64,000 nucleotides of DNA from Bacteroidales bacterium. GTDB lineage: Bacteria; Bacteroidota; Bacteroidia; Bacteroidales; UBA932. Location of the stretch: the NCBI GenBank assembly GCA_012839605.1, contig DUNA01000006.1, forward strand, positions 11 through 64,010, given 5' to 3'. The notes beneath the pieces were generated by a model. It ran no database searches. It was not told the origin of the DNA and worked only from the letters and a program-made list of their open reading frames with translations. The position numbers were made by a program, and so were the translations under genes. This document shows, one piece after another, positions 9,055 to 16,896 of this stretch (position 1 is the stretch's first letter; each line of letters begins with the position of its first letter).

Positions 9055-9279
9055 TTAAGGGTTTATTATCACTTCTTCAAGAAAGATAGTTAAATCCTCT
9101 AGTGGTACATCAGACCAAAGACCGTCTGCTTGATTTGCATAGCCATTATCTTGAGTTGAAGATCCACCATCATGTGCGTAGGCACATCCACAACCACAAG
9201 CGCCACCTCCAGTGATATGACTCATCTCTTTCTCATTAAGGCTATTTTTTTCAAGGTTATTTAATTTCAATGATTTCAT
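9055..9279 (-). CDS. GG-leader RiPP precursor peptide (GG-Bacteroidales rSAM-target type, TIGR04149-like)
   Basis: 74 aa. The leader 'MKSLKLNNLEKNSLNEKEMSHITGG' is followed by the Cys/Gly core 'GACGCGCAYAHDGG...'. The gene lies directly downstream of SPASM-domain genes. Confidence 0.75.
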   Translation of the reverse strand: MKSLKLNNLEKNSLNEKEMSHITGGGACGCGCAYAHDGGSSTQDNGYANQADGLWSDVPLEDLTIFLEEVIINP

Positions 9280-9491
9280 GACAACAAGAAATTATAAAAG
9301 CCTACTCGTTAGCTTTTCGGCATCCGCTCCGGATGATTTATACAGACCGGTTTCTGCATCACGATTACCTGCTCTCGGTTCTTGTGAAAAGAAGATATAA
9401 ATTTTATGCCTGTTTTCATTTTTACTTTGATATGTTTACAACCTTTGATCTGATGGAATAGGGTTTATCCGGCTGGCAAGACCGCGTAAAA

Positions 9492-10688
9492 CTATTTTAT
9501 TGTACATAAATTGTTTTTACCAAGAATCAATTCATATTGGCAGGGAGAAGGACAAAGCCACTGGTAAACACATCCGGAACAGGGCTCCTGGTCCCGGATT
9601 ACCCGCCAGGCAAAGTTTCTGTGTAATTCATTTTTAATTAAGTCATAAGGAGAATCCTGCATACATCCGATGGGTGGCTTGTTAACATTGGAATAAATCA
9701 ATCCGTCGGGTAACAAGACTAGTTTTCCAAAAAAATTAATATTAACTGCTTGGTGTGCGAATACAATCCTCTTGGATAGTCTTGTATTGGTAATATCTTC
9801 TTCATTCAAAAAAACAAACTGTTTGAAGAAAGCGTAATTATTATCGTAAATTGGGATATACCTGTACAGTTGTATTTTATATTGTGCTACCAGATGTTCC
9901 CAGTAATTGTACTCAGTCTGGCTCCTGATAAGGAAATTAAATTCAAAGGAATTTCGGGATTCGTCGGATGCGAGAAAATCATTCAACACTTTTAGTGAGG
10001 CTGGCTCGTATTCGCATATGAGGATAGTTGTTACATCGGGTTGTGTAAGAACGGAGGTTACATTATCTGACAGTTCCCGAACATGGCAATAATAAACAAC
10101 CGCTGGAGCCGTTGCTTTAAGTTTTTCCGTAAGAGATATTAAAAAATTTGTTGACTCAATATGTGAAAAAACAATATTGACCTTTTTAATATACCGGGAA
10201 TGTATATGACCAAGGAAGTTCAATATCTCTAAATCCTCAAGACAACTTTCGGAGTGGAACGGATAAAAGGTTTGTCGGTAATACAAAGGCCCTGAAAAAC
10301 GACCGCCGGCATATATGGTAAGGGTTGTCAAATACTTCAGGATGTCCTCGCCAAAGCTTTTTGAAGGACTATTTTCCAGTTTTTTTATATCATTCTGAAT
10401 AGAAAGAACGGGCGGAAGTGAATAAGCTTTTGCCGGATGTCTTGTAATGAATCCGTATTTTTTCCTGATTACCAGGTCAACAAATTCTGCTTCATCTGCT
10501 GTGAAATTCTCCGGTTCAATTTCAACAGAATACAGATTATCAACAAATAGTAAAGCAGAGCACAGGGATTTAAGTGAGGGCGTACAATTGAAGCCATCTT
10601 TTTCAAATGTTTTTGCATTATACAGTAACCCGGCACTAGCTTTCAGCCATAAAAAAGTGTCTGGGAGTAATGTTAAAACCTGTTTCAT
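9492..10688 (-). CDS. Pseudo-rSAM/SPASM protein of the GG-Bacteroidales peptide system (TIGR04150-like)
   Basis: 398 aa with no CX3CX2C motif. The C-terminal SPASM cysteine motif 'CSGCVYQWLCPSPC' is Cx2Cx5Cx3C. The start is 3 nt after the upstream stop, which suggests coupling. Confidence 0.65.
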   Translation of the reverse strand: MKQVLTLLPDTFLWLKASAGLLYNAKTFEKDGFNCTPSLKSLCSALLFVDNLYSVEIEPENFTADEAEFVDLVIRKKYGFITRHPAKAYSLPPVLSIQNDIKKLENSPSKSFGEDILKYLTTLTIYAGGRFSGPLYYRQTFYPFHSESCLEDLEILNFLGHIHSRYIKKVNIVFSHIESTNFLISLTEKLKATAPAVVYYCHVRELSDNVTSVLTQPDVTTILICEYEPASLKVLNDFLASDESRNSFEFNFLIRSQTEYNYWEHLVAQYKIQLYRYIPIYDNNYAFFKQFVFLNEEDITNTRLSKRIVFAHQAVNINFFGKLVLLPDGLIYSNVNKPPIGCMQDSPYDLIKNELHRNFAWRVIRDQEPCSGCVYQWLCPSPCQYELILGKNNLCTIK

Positions 10689-10691
10689 AAG

Positions 10692-11930
10692 TCATTCCAT
10701 TATAGCCTCTTTCATGATTTTTGCATACAAATAAGGGTGGTCTTTCAAGTAATCCATACAGGACACAGCATAGTATTTAAAAGCGGCATCTCCTGTATAT
10801 CCGGGACATACCGGAGCTTTGTTCTTATCAATACCAGGGATGAAATAAAGACACTGTGTACAACTTTTTTTTCTTTTACATAATTTACATTGAGCCTCCA
10901 TCTTTTCAAGATAGCTATTGTATTTATGAACAACGGAATCAAGATCCAATAATACGCTTTCTTCAGATATACTACCCAAAGCAAAAGAATGGTCTATTTT
11001 TTCACATTGCAAAATTTTACCATTTACTGTAACAAACATTTTTTTACCGAATGGTGTACACGTTCCGGTTGGTGTAACCGTAAAGTTTTCTTCATCTATA
11101 AACAGGCGGTTCAATTTCATATAAAATTGAGAAATATTAAATAAAACTCCCGGTTTATCGGTGTCATACATTCCTTTGAGAGAATCATTGACAGAGTGTA
11201 TGATGGCTTCCTTGAAAGTTGGACCTGTCTGGTAAAAGAATGCGTTTACCTTTTTTACAGATGGTATTAATTCATCGGGGATAGAGTCCATAGCATTAAT
11301 TTGCAGCACTATATTTTCAGCCTCTTCTGTTTTGCCTACATATATTTTAGCGTAAAACAGGTTAATATAAGCCAAAACATAATTTCTGTAATTCCCTGCC
11401 TTTTTACCAGCCTCCAGCCCCTTTTCATAACAGACCTCAGATTCAGGATAATTTCTGTTCCTAAGGTTGATGTCCCCCAAATACCCATACAGAAGCACCT
11501 GCAGAGTCTGGTTTTCTATGGCATGGGTCTTTATAACCTGTTCAGCTTCCCTCAAATGGACATATGGCAATGTGTCTATGGGATTGAGCCCATAACGGAC
11601 AATCCCCAGGTAGATCAGGGAGCGGGCAAGTTTTTCGGGATCTTTGCCGTTCCTGTACCATTCCGCTGCTAATGATATTATGGAATCGTCCGTGAAATCC
11701 ACATAAGATTTATCCCTGGCTATGGTCAGCAACAAATTGTAATAAGACTGCACTTCCCCGGGACACTCAGATACATCCATTTGTTCCAAACTATCCAGGA
11801 CAACCCGGGGCACGTGGCTGAGCAGGCTGTCCAGATTAGCCAGACGAGCTTGCATTACATGCTGCCTGATTGCCGTATTGCAGGAAACCAGCAGCAACAA
11901 GCCAAGCAGTATCCACAGGAATTTTTTCAT
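10692..11930 (-). CDS. Chimeric ORF: TPR-like lipoprotein N-terminus fused to the SPASM C-terminal domain of a radical-SAM peptide maturase (radical-SAM core absent)
   Basis: 412 aa. Residues 1 to ~270 carry the lipobox 'LLLLVSC' and a TPR-regulator-like helical region ('YYNLLLTIARDKSYVDFTDDSIISLAAEWY'). Residues ~285-412 read 'GTCTPFGKKMFVTVNGKILQC...CKLCKRKKSCTQC...VCPGY...HPYLYAKIMKEAIME', which is a SPASM motif set (Cx12Gx4C, Cx2Cx5Cx2C, C). No CX3CX2C is present. Confidence 0.7.
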   Translation of the reverse strand: MKKFLWILLGLLLLVSCNTAIRQHVMQARLANLDSLLSHVPRVVLDSLEQMDVSECPGEVQSYYNLLLTIARDKSYVDFTDDSIISLAAEWYRNGKDPEKLARSLIYLGIVRYGLNPIDTLPYVHLREAEQVIKTHAIENQTLQVLLYGYLGDINLRNRNYPESEVCYEKGLEAGKKAGNYRNYVLAYINLFYAKIYVGKTEEAENIVLQINAMDSIPDELIPSVKKVNAFFYQTGPTFKEAIIHSVNDSLKGMYDTDKPGVLFNISQFYMKLNRLFIDEENFTVTPTGTCTPFGKKMFVTVNGKILQCEKIDHSFALGSISEESVLLDLDSVVHKYNSYLEKMEAQCKLCKRKKSCTQCLYFIPGIDKNKAPVCPGYTGDAAFKYYAVSCMDYLKDHPYLYAKIMKEAIME

Positions 11931-11959
11931 GATTGTCCTGCTAAATTACAAAAATCGCT
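11915..11959. repeat. 45-bp direct repeat, copy A (5' UTR plus the first codons of the TPR-lipoprotein ORF)
   Basis: 'ACAGGAATTTTTTCATGATTGTCCTGCTAAATTACAAAAATCGCT' matches copy B at 43 of 45 positions. Confidence 0.9.
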
Positions 11960-12141
11960 TCAAAGAGAAAAGAGGTAGTATAACAAATGGACGAACCACA
12001 GGTTTGGCTTAATGCAAATGAATCTGACATTTATGAAGCGCCTCAGGCCTACAAACCCAAAGCAGAAATTCTACAGGCCATAGAGCCCCTTTGAAGACAA
12101 ATCCGTATGCTATAAAATTTTCATACCTTCACACAAAAACA

Positions 12142-12393
12142 ATGGACAACGATTTAACTATACTGCTTGAGACAACAGATAGGGTAATAGCAGAAGACAT
12201 TCAGGTTTTATTAGAAGACTCTCAGATTTATTCGTTGCTCGCTTCGGATAATCCGGCATCGTCTGTTTTAAGTATCTATCTCGGGTCTAATCCAATAGAA
12301 AACGTCAGCATTCAAGTAAACAAAAAAGATTATCAGAAAGCTGTTGAAATAATTAGTAACAGTGCATACAAGGATTTTTTAACAACTGTATAG
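12142..12393 (+). CDS. Small DUF2007-like (putative signal-transducing) protein
   Basis: 83 aa counted from the ATG at 12142; the tracked ORF starts at an upstream TTG. It has a two-half alpha/beta pattern ('TILLETTDRVIAEDIQVLLEDSQI' and 'IQVNKKDYQKAVEII'). Confidence 0.45.
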   Translation: MDNDLTILLETTDRVIAEDIQVLLEDSQIYSLLASDNPASSVLSIYLGSNPIENVSIQVNKKDYQKAVEIISNSAYKDFLTTV

Positions 12394-12406
12394 CAGAAAT
12401 GAAGGG

Positions 12407-13681
12407 TTAATCAAAATAATCCAGCAGCCACTTCCAGATAGGAATAACCTCAATAATGCGGCCATCTACTTCCAGAGTCTGTTCCTGATCTTTTGTTACA
12501 ATGATTAATCTTTTACAATCCAACACTTTAGTAATTTTTCTCAAAGCATCAACTTCCCGTTTGTACGTATCCGGGCTGCTGTCGAGCCTGTAACATACCT
12601 GAATGGCCAACGATGCTTCCGGAATATAAAAATCAACTTCGTGATTTTTGTGGTAATAAAAAACGGCATCTTCCCTGCCATATTTTCTGATCAGATTAAC
12701 TGCAACCAGGTTTTCAAGCAAGGCAGTATTGCCATCCAGCAAAAAAAGGTTGAGCAGTCCGTTATCCAGGAAGTAATATTTAGGATTGGTCTCTTTATTA
12801 ACTAGTTTGCCTGCAATATTTTGGATGGAAAGTAAGAGCCACGCATCTTTTGCATATTCCAGGTAGTTGATGATTGTATTTGTGGTTACTTTTGCTCCTG
12901 TTGAAGAAACAATATTCGCAACTCGGTTAAAAGACAAGGGTTGTCCAACGCTTTCTGCAATTTTTTTAAACATCACTCGTAATGCAAAGCTGTTAGAAAT
13001 AGTATTACGAGCTATTATATCGCCCAAAAAAACTTTTTGATATATACCGGATAGATAATTCCGTTTAACGGCAAAGTGAACTCCTTCCGGGAATCCTCCA
13101 AAAAAGAAATAATCCTGGAACTGCTTCATGAGTCTGGATTTTGTCTCTGTTGACATAGGCACTTTTTCGTTATAGCTGACTCCATTGGCAACTAAAAACT
13201 CTTTGAAACTATAGGGATACACTTCTACAGAAACAAACCTGCCTCCCAGTGTTGTTTGAATATCCGTGCTCAGCATTTTGGCATTGCTTCCTGTTATATA
13301 AACCTTATGCCCGGTATCGGCTAATCTGCGTGCAAATGTTTCCCAGCCTGCAACATTCTGAATTTCATCTAAAAATAAAACTGGTTTTTTACCATCAAGC
13401 TCTAAATGAATTTCCAGTAATAAGTTCAGATCGGTAGTTTCCATACCTATGAGACGTTCATCTTCAAAATTGACAAAGACAATCTGGTCCCATCCTGTGC
13501 CACTCCTCAGCAACTCCTGCATATGCTGATAAAGCAGGAATGATTTACCTGCCCTACGGATTCCTGTAAACACATAATTACCATACTCTTCAAATTGGAA
13601 TTCTCTTGGAATAACTCTGTATTTCGCAACCTCTTCGCGTGCATCGGCAAGCACTGTTTTTAATAGATCTTTGCTAATCAT
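12407..13681 (-). CDS. AAA+ ATPase (AAA_14 + DUF4143 architecture, COG1373-like)
   Basis: 424 aa with Walker A 'GIRRAGKSFLL' and Walker B 'VLFLDEIQNV'. The C-terminal 'EVDFYIP...' region is typical of DUF4143. Confidence 0.8.
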   Translation of the reverse strand: MISKDLLKTVLADAREEVAKYRVIPREFQFEEYGNYVFTGIRRAGKSFLLYQHMQELLRSGTGWDQIVFVNFEDERLIGMETTDLNLLLEIHLELDGKKPVLFLDEIQNVAGWETFARRLADTGHKVYITGSNAKMLSTDIQTTLGGRFVSVEVYPYSFKEFLVANGVSYNEKVPMSTETKSRLMKQFQDYFFFGGFPEGVHFAVKRNYLSGIYQKVFLGDIIARNTISNSFALRVMFKKIAESVGQPLSFNRVANIVSSTGAKVTTNTIINYLEYAKDAWLLLSIQNIAGKLVNKETNPKYYFLDNGLLNLFLLDGNTALLENLVAVNLIRKYGREDAVFYYHKNHEVDFYIPEASLAIQVCYRLDSSPDTYKREVDALRKITKVLDCKRLIIVTKDQEQTLEVDGRIIEVIPIWKWLLDYFD

Positions 13682-13837
13682 TGTGAATTTTGTTTTATCT
13701 ACTGAACAAAAATAGGTATTTTTTGTTTAATACACAAAACAGAATAGGCATACTTAATTGTAAGCCTTATAGGTATCTATAACGAACCTAGTTATTATAA
13801 GCGAATTGACTAATCGCTTTTATTATTATGACAGGAG

Positions 13838-13862
13838 AGCCTCACGCGAGTGGGGCTTTTTT
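13838..13862 (+). terminator. Orphan intrinsic terminator-like hairpin on the plus strand
   Basis: The 8-bp stem 'AGCCTCAC'/'GTGGGGCT' includes one G-U pair and closes a GCGA (GNRA) tetraloop, followed by a T-run. No plus-strand CDS lies upstream. Confidence 0.5.
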
Positions 13863-13893
13863 GCAATACACAGTTAGATAGAAACAAAAGCCA

Positions 13894-13938
13894 ACAGGAA
13901 TTTTCTCATGATTGTCCTGCTTAATTACAAAAATCGCT
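13894..13938. repeat. 45-bp direct repeat, copy B (promoter/5' stub of a TPR-lipoprotein-like gene)
   Basis: 'ACAGGAATTTTCTCATGATTGTCCTGCTTAATTACAAAAATCGCT'. On the minus strand it starts an 11-codon stub, 'MRKFLLAFVSI*'. Confidence 0.9.
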
Positions 13939-13989
13939 GAATTTGACTATTTTTGTTAATTCCATTTTAAAACACATATCCTACTTGTT

Positions 13990-15630
13990 ATGAAAAGAAT
14001 TGTTCTTGTTTTTTCTCTTCTCTTTCTTTCTTCTTTATGGTACAACAGTTTTGCCTGCACCGTTGTGGTAGCGGGCAAGAAAGCGACTGCTGACGGCAGT
14101 GTGTTGAATTCCCACACAGATTGTGGTCCCGATAACCGCGTACGCATTATCCCCGGACAAAAATTCAAAAAAGGAGCCATGGCTCCCGTATTTTGGGGTT
14201 TGCTGGACAATACACGTCCCACAGACGATTTTGGGGAAATCCTGGGATATATTCCTCAGGTAGAGCAGACGTATACGTATTTTCATTCTGCCTATTCCCA
14301 GATCAACGAGCACCAGCTGAGCATTGGGGAAAGTACTACCAACCAACGGCCGGAACTGGAGCTGACTAAAGGCGAAGGCGACCAGATCATGACCATAGAA
14401 CAGGCACAGGCCTTTGCACTGCAACGCTGCAAAACGGCCCGGGAAGCCCTGGACCTGATGACCCACCTGATGGAAACGTACGGTTTTCTGCCTTCCTGCG
14501 GAAAAGACCCCGAGCTGGTCACCCTGGCCGATCCCGACGAAGTCTGGATCCTGGAATTTTTTGCCGTAGGCAAAGGCTGGAAAAAAGATAGCGGAAAGCT
14601 TGGTTGCATTTGGGCTGCCCAACGCCTGCCCGATGACCACGTGGCCGTCATTTCCAACTGGAGTGTGATCAAAGAAATAGACCTTTCCAAACCGGAAGAA
14701 TTCAAAGCCTCTTCCAACTACATGAGCGTTGCCATTGAGAACGGATGGTACGATCCCAACGGAACCATGCCTTTTATCTGGAGCAATGCTTACGCAGGTA
14801 TTACGCCGAGGGAAGCCCACACCCACCGCCAATGGCTCTTCAACGCCTTGTACAACCCCGGCCTTCCGGAACTGCCTCCGCGCTGGACTAGCAATCCGTA
14901 CCAGAACCTGAATCAATACGGGCAGACGGTAGAACCCATAGCCATGTATCCCGTATCCTTCAAGCCGAACAAATTGTTCACCATTCAAGATATTATGGAA
15001 TTCCAGAGGAGCACGTTCACCGGCACCATTTACGACAAAGAGAACGATGCCGTATGGTACATACCCGGTCCCAACAACACCTTGGTAAAGAGCCCTCTGG
15101 CTACCCCCTTCCCCAGCGACAACTTGCAAAAACTGTTGAAAACCAACAGACGCCGTTTGGTGTCGCGTGTGGACGGCGAATACGGCTACTGTGCTCAATT
15201 GCGCAAAGACCTGCCTGACGGTATTGGAGGCATTTACTGGGTGTATGTGGACAACGCATACACCTCGCCCTACATTCCGTTTTTCACCGGCGTCACCAAA
15301 ACACCCGATGTGTATATGGAATACCACCCCGACCAATACTCAGACACGTCTGTGCGATGGGCTGTGGACGTAGTGGACAATTTGCTCAACCTGTGTTACC
15401 AGGAAGCCAAAAAAGACCTGGTACGCCTGCGGGAACCTATGGAACAATCATTCTTTGAGAAAAACAAAGAAATAGAACAACAATATCTGGCCCTGTACCG
15501 CAAGAACCCCAAAGCGGCCACCGAATTGCTGAACAACTACGCACAGGAATGCGCAGACACCATTATGGAAACGTACAGGGTTATACGAAATACGCTTTTT
15601 GAAAAATACACCAACAACAAATTGAGGTAA
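13990..15630 (+). CDS. C69-family peptidase (dipeptidase A-like), secreted
   Basis: 546 aa. The signal peptide is followed directly by the nucleophile context 'FACTVVVAGKKATADGSVLNSHTDC', the hallmark of peptidase C69. Confidence 0.8.
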   Translation: MKRIVLVFSLLFLSSLWYNSFACTVVVAGKKATADGSVLNSHTDCGPDNRVRIIPGQKFKKGAMAPVFWGLLDNTRPTDDFGEILGYIPQVEQTYTYFHSAYSQINEHQLSIGESTTNQRPELELTKGEGDQIMTIEQAQAFALQRCKTAREALDLMTHLMETYGFLPSCGKDPELVTLADPDEVWILEFFAVGKGWKKDSGKLGCIWAAQRLPDDHVAVISNWSVIKEIDLSKPEEFKASSNYMSVAIENGWYDPNGTMPFIWSNAYAGITPREAHTHRQWLFNALYNPGLPELPPRWTSNPYQNLNQYGQTVEPIAMYPVSFKPNKLFTIQDIMEFQRSTFTGTIYDKENDAVWYIPGPNNTLVKSPLATPFPSDNLQKLLKTNRRRLVSRVDGEYGYCAQLRKDLPDGIGGIYWVYVDNAYTSPYIPFFTGVTKTPDVYMEYHPDQYSDTSVRWAVDVVDNLLNLCYQEAKKDLVRLREPMEQSFFEKNKEIEQQYLALYRKNPKAATELLNNYAQECADTIMETYRVIRNTLFEKYTNNKLR

Positions 15631-15632
15631 TC

Positions 15633-16892
15633 ATGAGTTTGAACAGAAGAAGTTTTCTGAAAACGGCCGGTGGATTGGCGGCACTCACACTCGTTCCGCG
15701 CCGCGTTTTGGGAGGAAAAGGCTTCATAGCCCCCAGCGATCAGCTGACCAAAGGCATTATAGGTGTGGGAGGCATGGGGCGCGAACACATCAAATACGAA
15801 GGTACGCGACTGGTAGCCGTGTGTGATGTGGATACCAAACACATAGATGCCGCCGTGAAAATGGCGCCGGATCGCATAAAAACATACGAACACTTTATGG
15901 ATTTGATACAAGATCCCAACGTGGATATTGTTCATATTGCCACCCCACCGCATTGGCACGGCATCATGTCCGTAGAAGCGGCCAAAGCCGGCAAAGACAT
16001 CTGGTGTGAAAAACCCATGACACGTACCATAGGAGAAGGCAAACGTGTGATGGAAGCGGTCAAGAGAAACGGACGCATCTTCAGGCTGAACACCTGGTTC
16101 CGTTTTAAGGATACGTTCTACGGGCTGGGCACGACCGTTCAACCACTTAAAAAGCTGGTACAGAGCGGTCTATTGGGCTGGCCGTTGAAAGTGACCATAT
16201 CCCGCCATACAGGATTTGATTGGAAATTTTATTGGACAGGAAAAGAAAACTTGACTCCGGAACCGGTTCCGGCAAACCTCAATTACGACTTGTGGTTGGG
16301 ACCCGCTCCCTACAAACCGTACAACCCGCACCGCGTGCACACCACGTTCCGCGGTTATTGGGATTACGACGGCGGCGGATTGTGCGACATGGGACAGCAT
16401 TACATGGACCCCGTACAATACATCTTGGGCAAAGACAACGAAAGCCCCATCAGGGTAGACATAGATGCCCCGCAACAGCACCACGATGCCGTTGGCACCT
16501 GGCGCAGCATCACGTATACGTATGAGGACGGCTGCCAAATAGTACTTTGGGGTGACGATTACGGAGACCCCAATACGCCCTACATATCCGGTCCCAACGG
16601 AAACGTCTATCCCGGATTCCGTTGCGACATTCCCGACTGGCAACTGAAATTGGCCGATTTCCCGGAACCGGAACAACAAGAAACCGACTTCCTGGAATGT
16701 GTGCGTACACGAAGACCCTTTGCCCTCAACGAATCCAACGGTTTCCGAAGCGGCACCTTGGTAAACATCGGAGCCGTAGCTCTGCAGCTCAACCGTTCGT
16801 TGCGTTTTAACCCCCATACTTTGGAATTTATAGACGACCCTGCTGCTAACAAATTGTTGGATCAACCCATGCGAGGTCCTTGGAAAATCTAG
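15633..16892 (+). CDS. Gfo/Idh/MocA-family oxidoreductase with twin-arginine signal
   Basis: 419 aa with the Tat motif 'MSLNRRSFLKTAGGLAAL'. The Rossmann region reads 'KGIIGVGGMGREH...VAVCDVD' and 'EKP' falls within 'IWCEKPMT'. Confidence 0.85.
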   Translation: MSLNRRSFLKTAGGLAALTLVPRRVLGGKGFIAPSDQLTKGIIGVGGMGREHIKYEGTRLVAVCDVDTKHIDAAVKMAPDRIKTYEHFMDLIQDPNVDIVHIATPPHWHGIMSVEAAKAGKDIWCEKPMTRTIGEGKRVMEAVKRNGRIFRLNTWFRFKDTFYGLGTTVQPLKKLVQSGLLGWPLKVTISRHTGFDWKFYWTGKENLTPEPVPANLNYDLWLGPAPYKPYNPHRVHTTFRGYWDYDGGGLCDMGQHYMDPVQYILGKDNESPIRVDIDAPQQHHDAVGTWRSITYTYEDGCQIVLWGDDYGDPNTPYISGPNGNVYPGFRCDIPDWQLKLADFPEPEQQETDFLECVRTRRPFALNESNGFRSGTLVNIGAVALQLNRSLRFNPHTLEFIDDPAANKLLDQPMRGPWKI

Positions 16893-16896
16893 TGCA

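Noticed and set aside
9309-9419. 36-aa minus-strand ORF ('MKTGIKFISSFHKNREQVIVMQKPVCINHPERMPKS') between the pseudo-rSAM gene and the precursor, considered as a second precursor
   Set aside because: It has no GG leader motif, no similarity to the adjacent precursor and no Cys/Gly-rich core. It is most likely non-coding promoter/5' UTR sequence of the precursor gene.
11986-12093. 35-aa plus-strand ORF ('MDEPQVWLNANESDIYEAPQAYKPKAEILQAIEPL') upstream of the DUF2007-like gene
   Set aside because: It is too short and featureless to support, and it lies in a region that looks like a rearrangement scar.
14035-15336. 433-aa ORF antisense to the C69 peptidase gene
   Set aside because: It lies entirely within, and opposite to, a CDS with a clear family signature. 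Its translation is compositionally skewed (G/V/R/H/F-rich) with no recognisable motif. The locally higher GC explains the long stop-free antisense frames.
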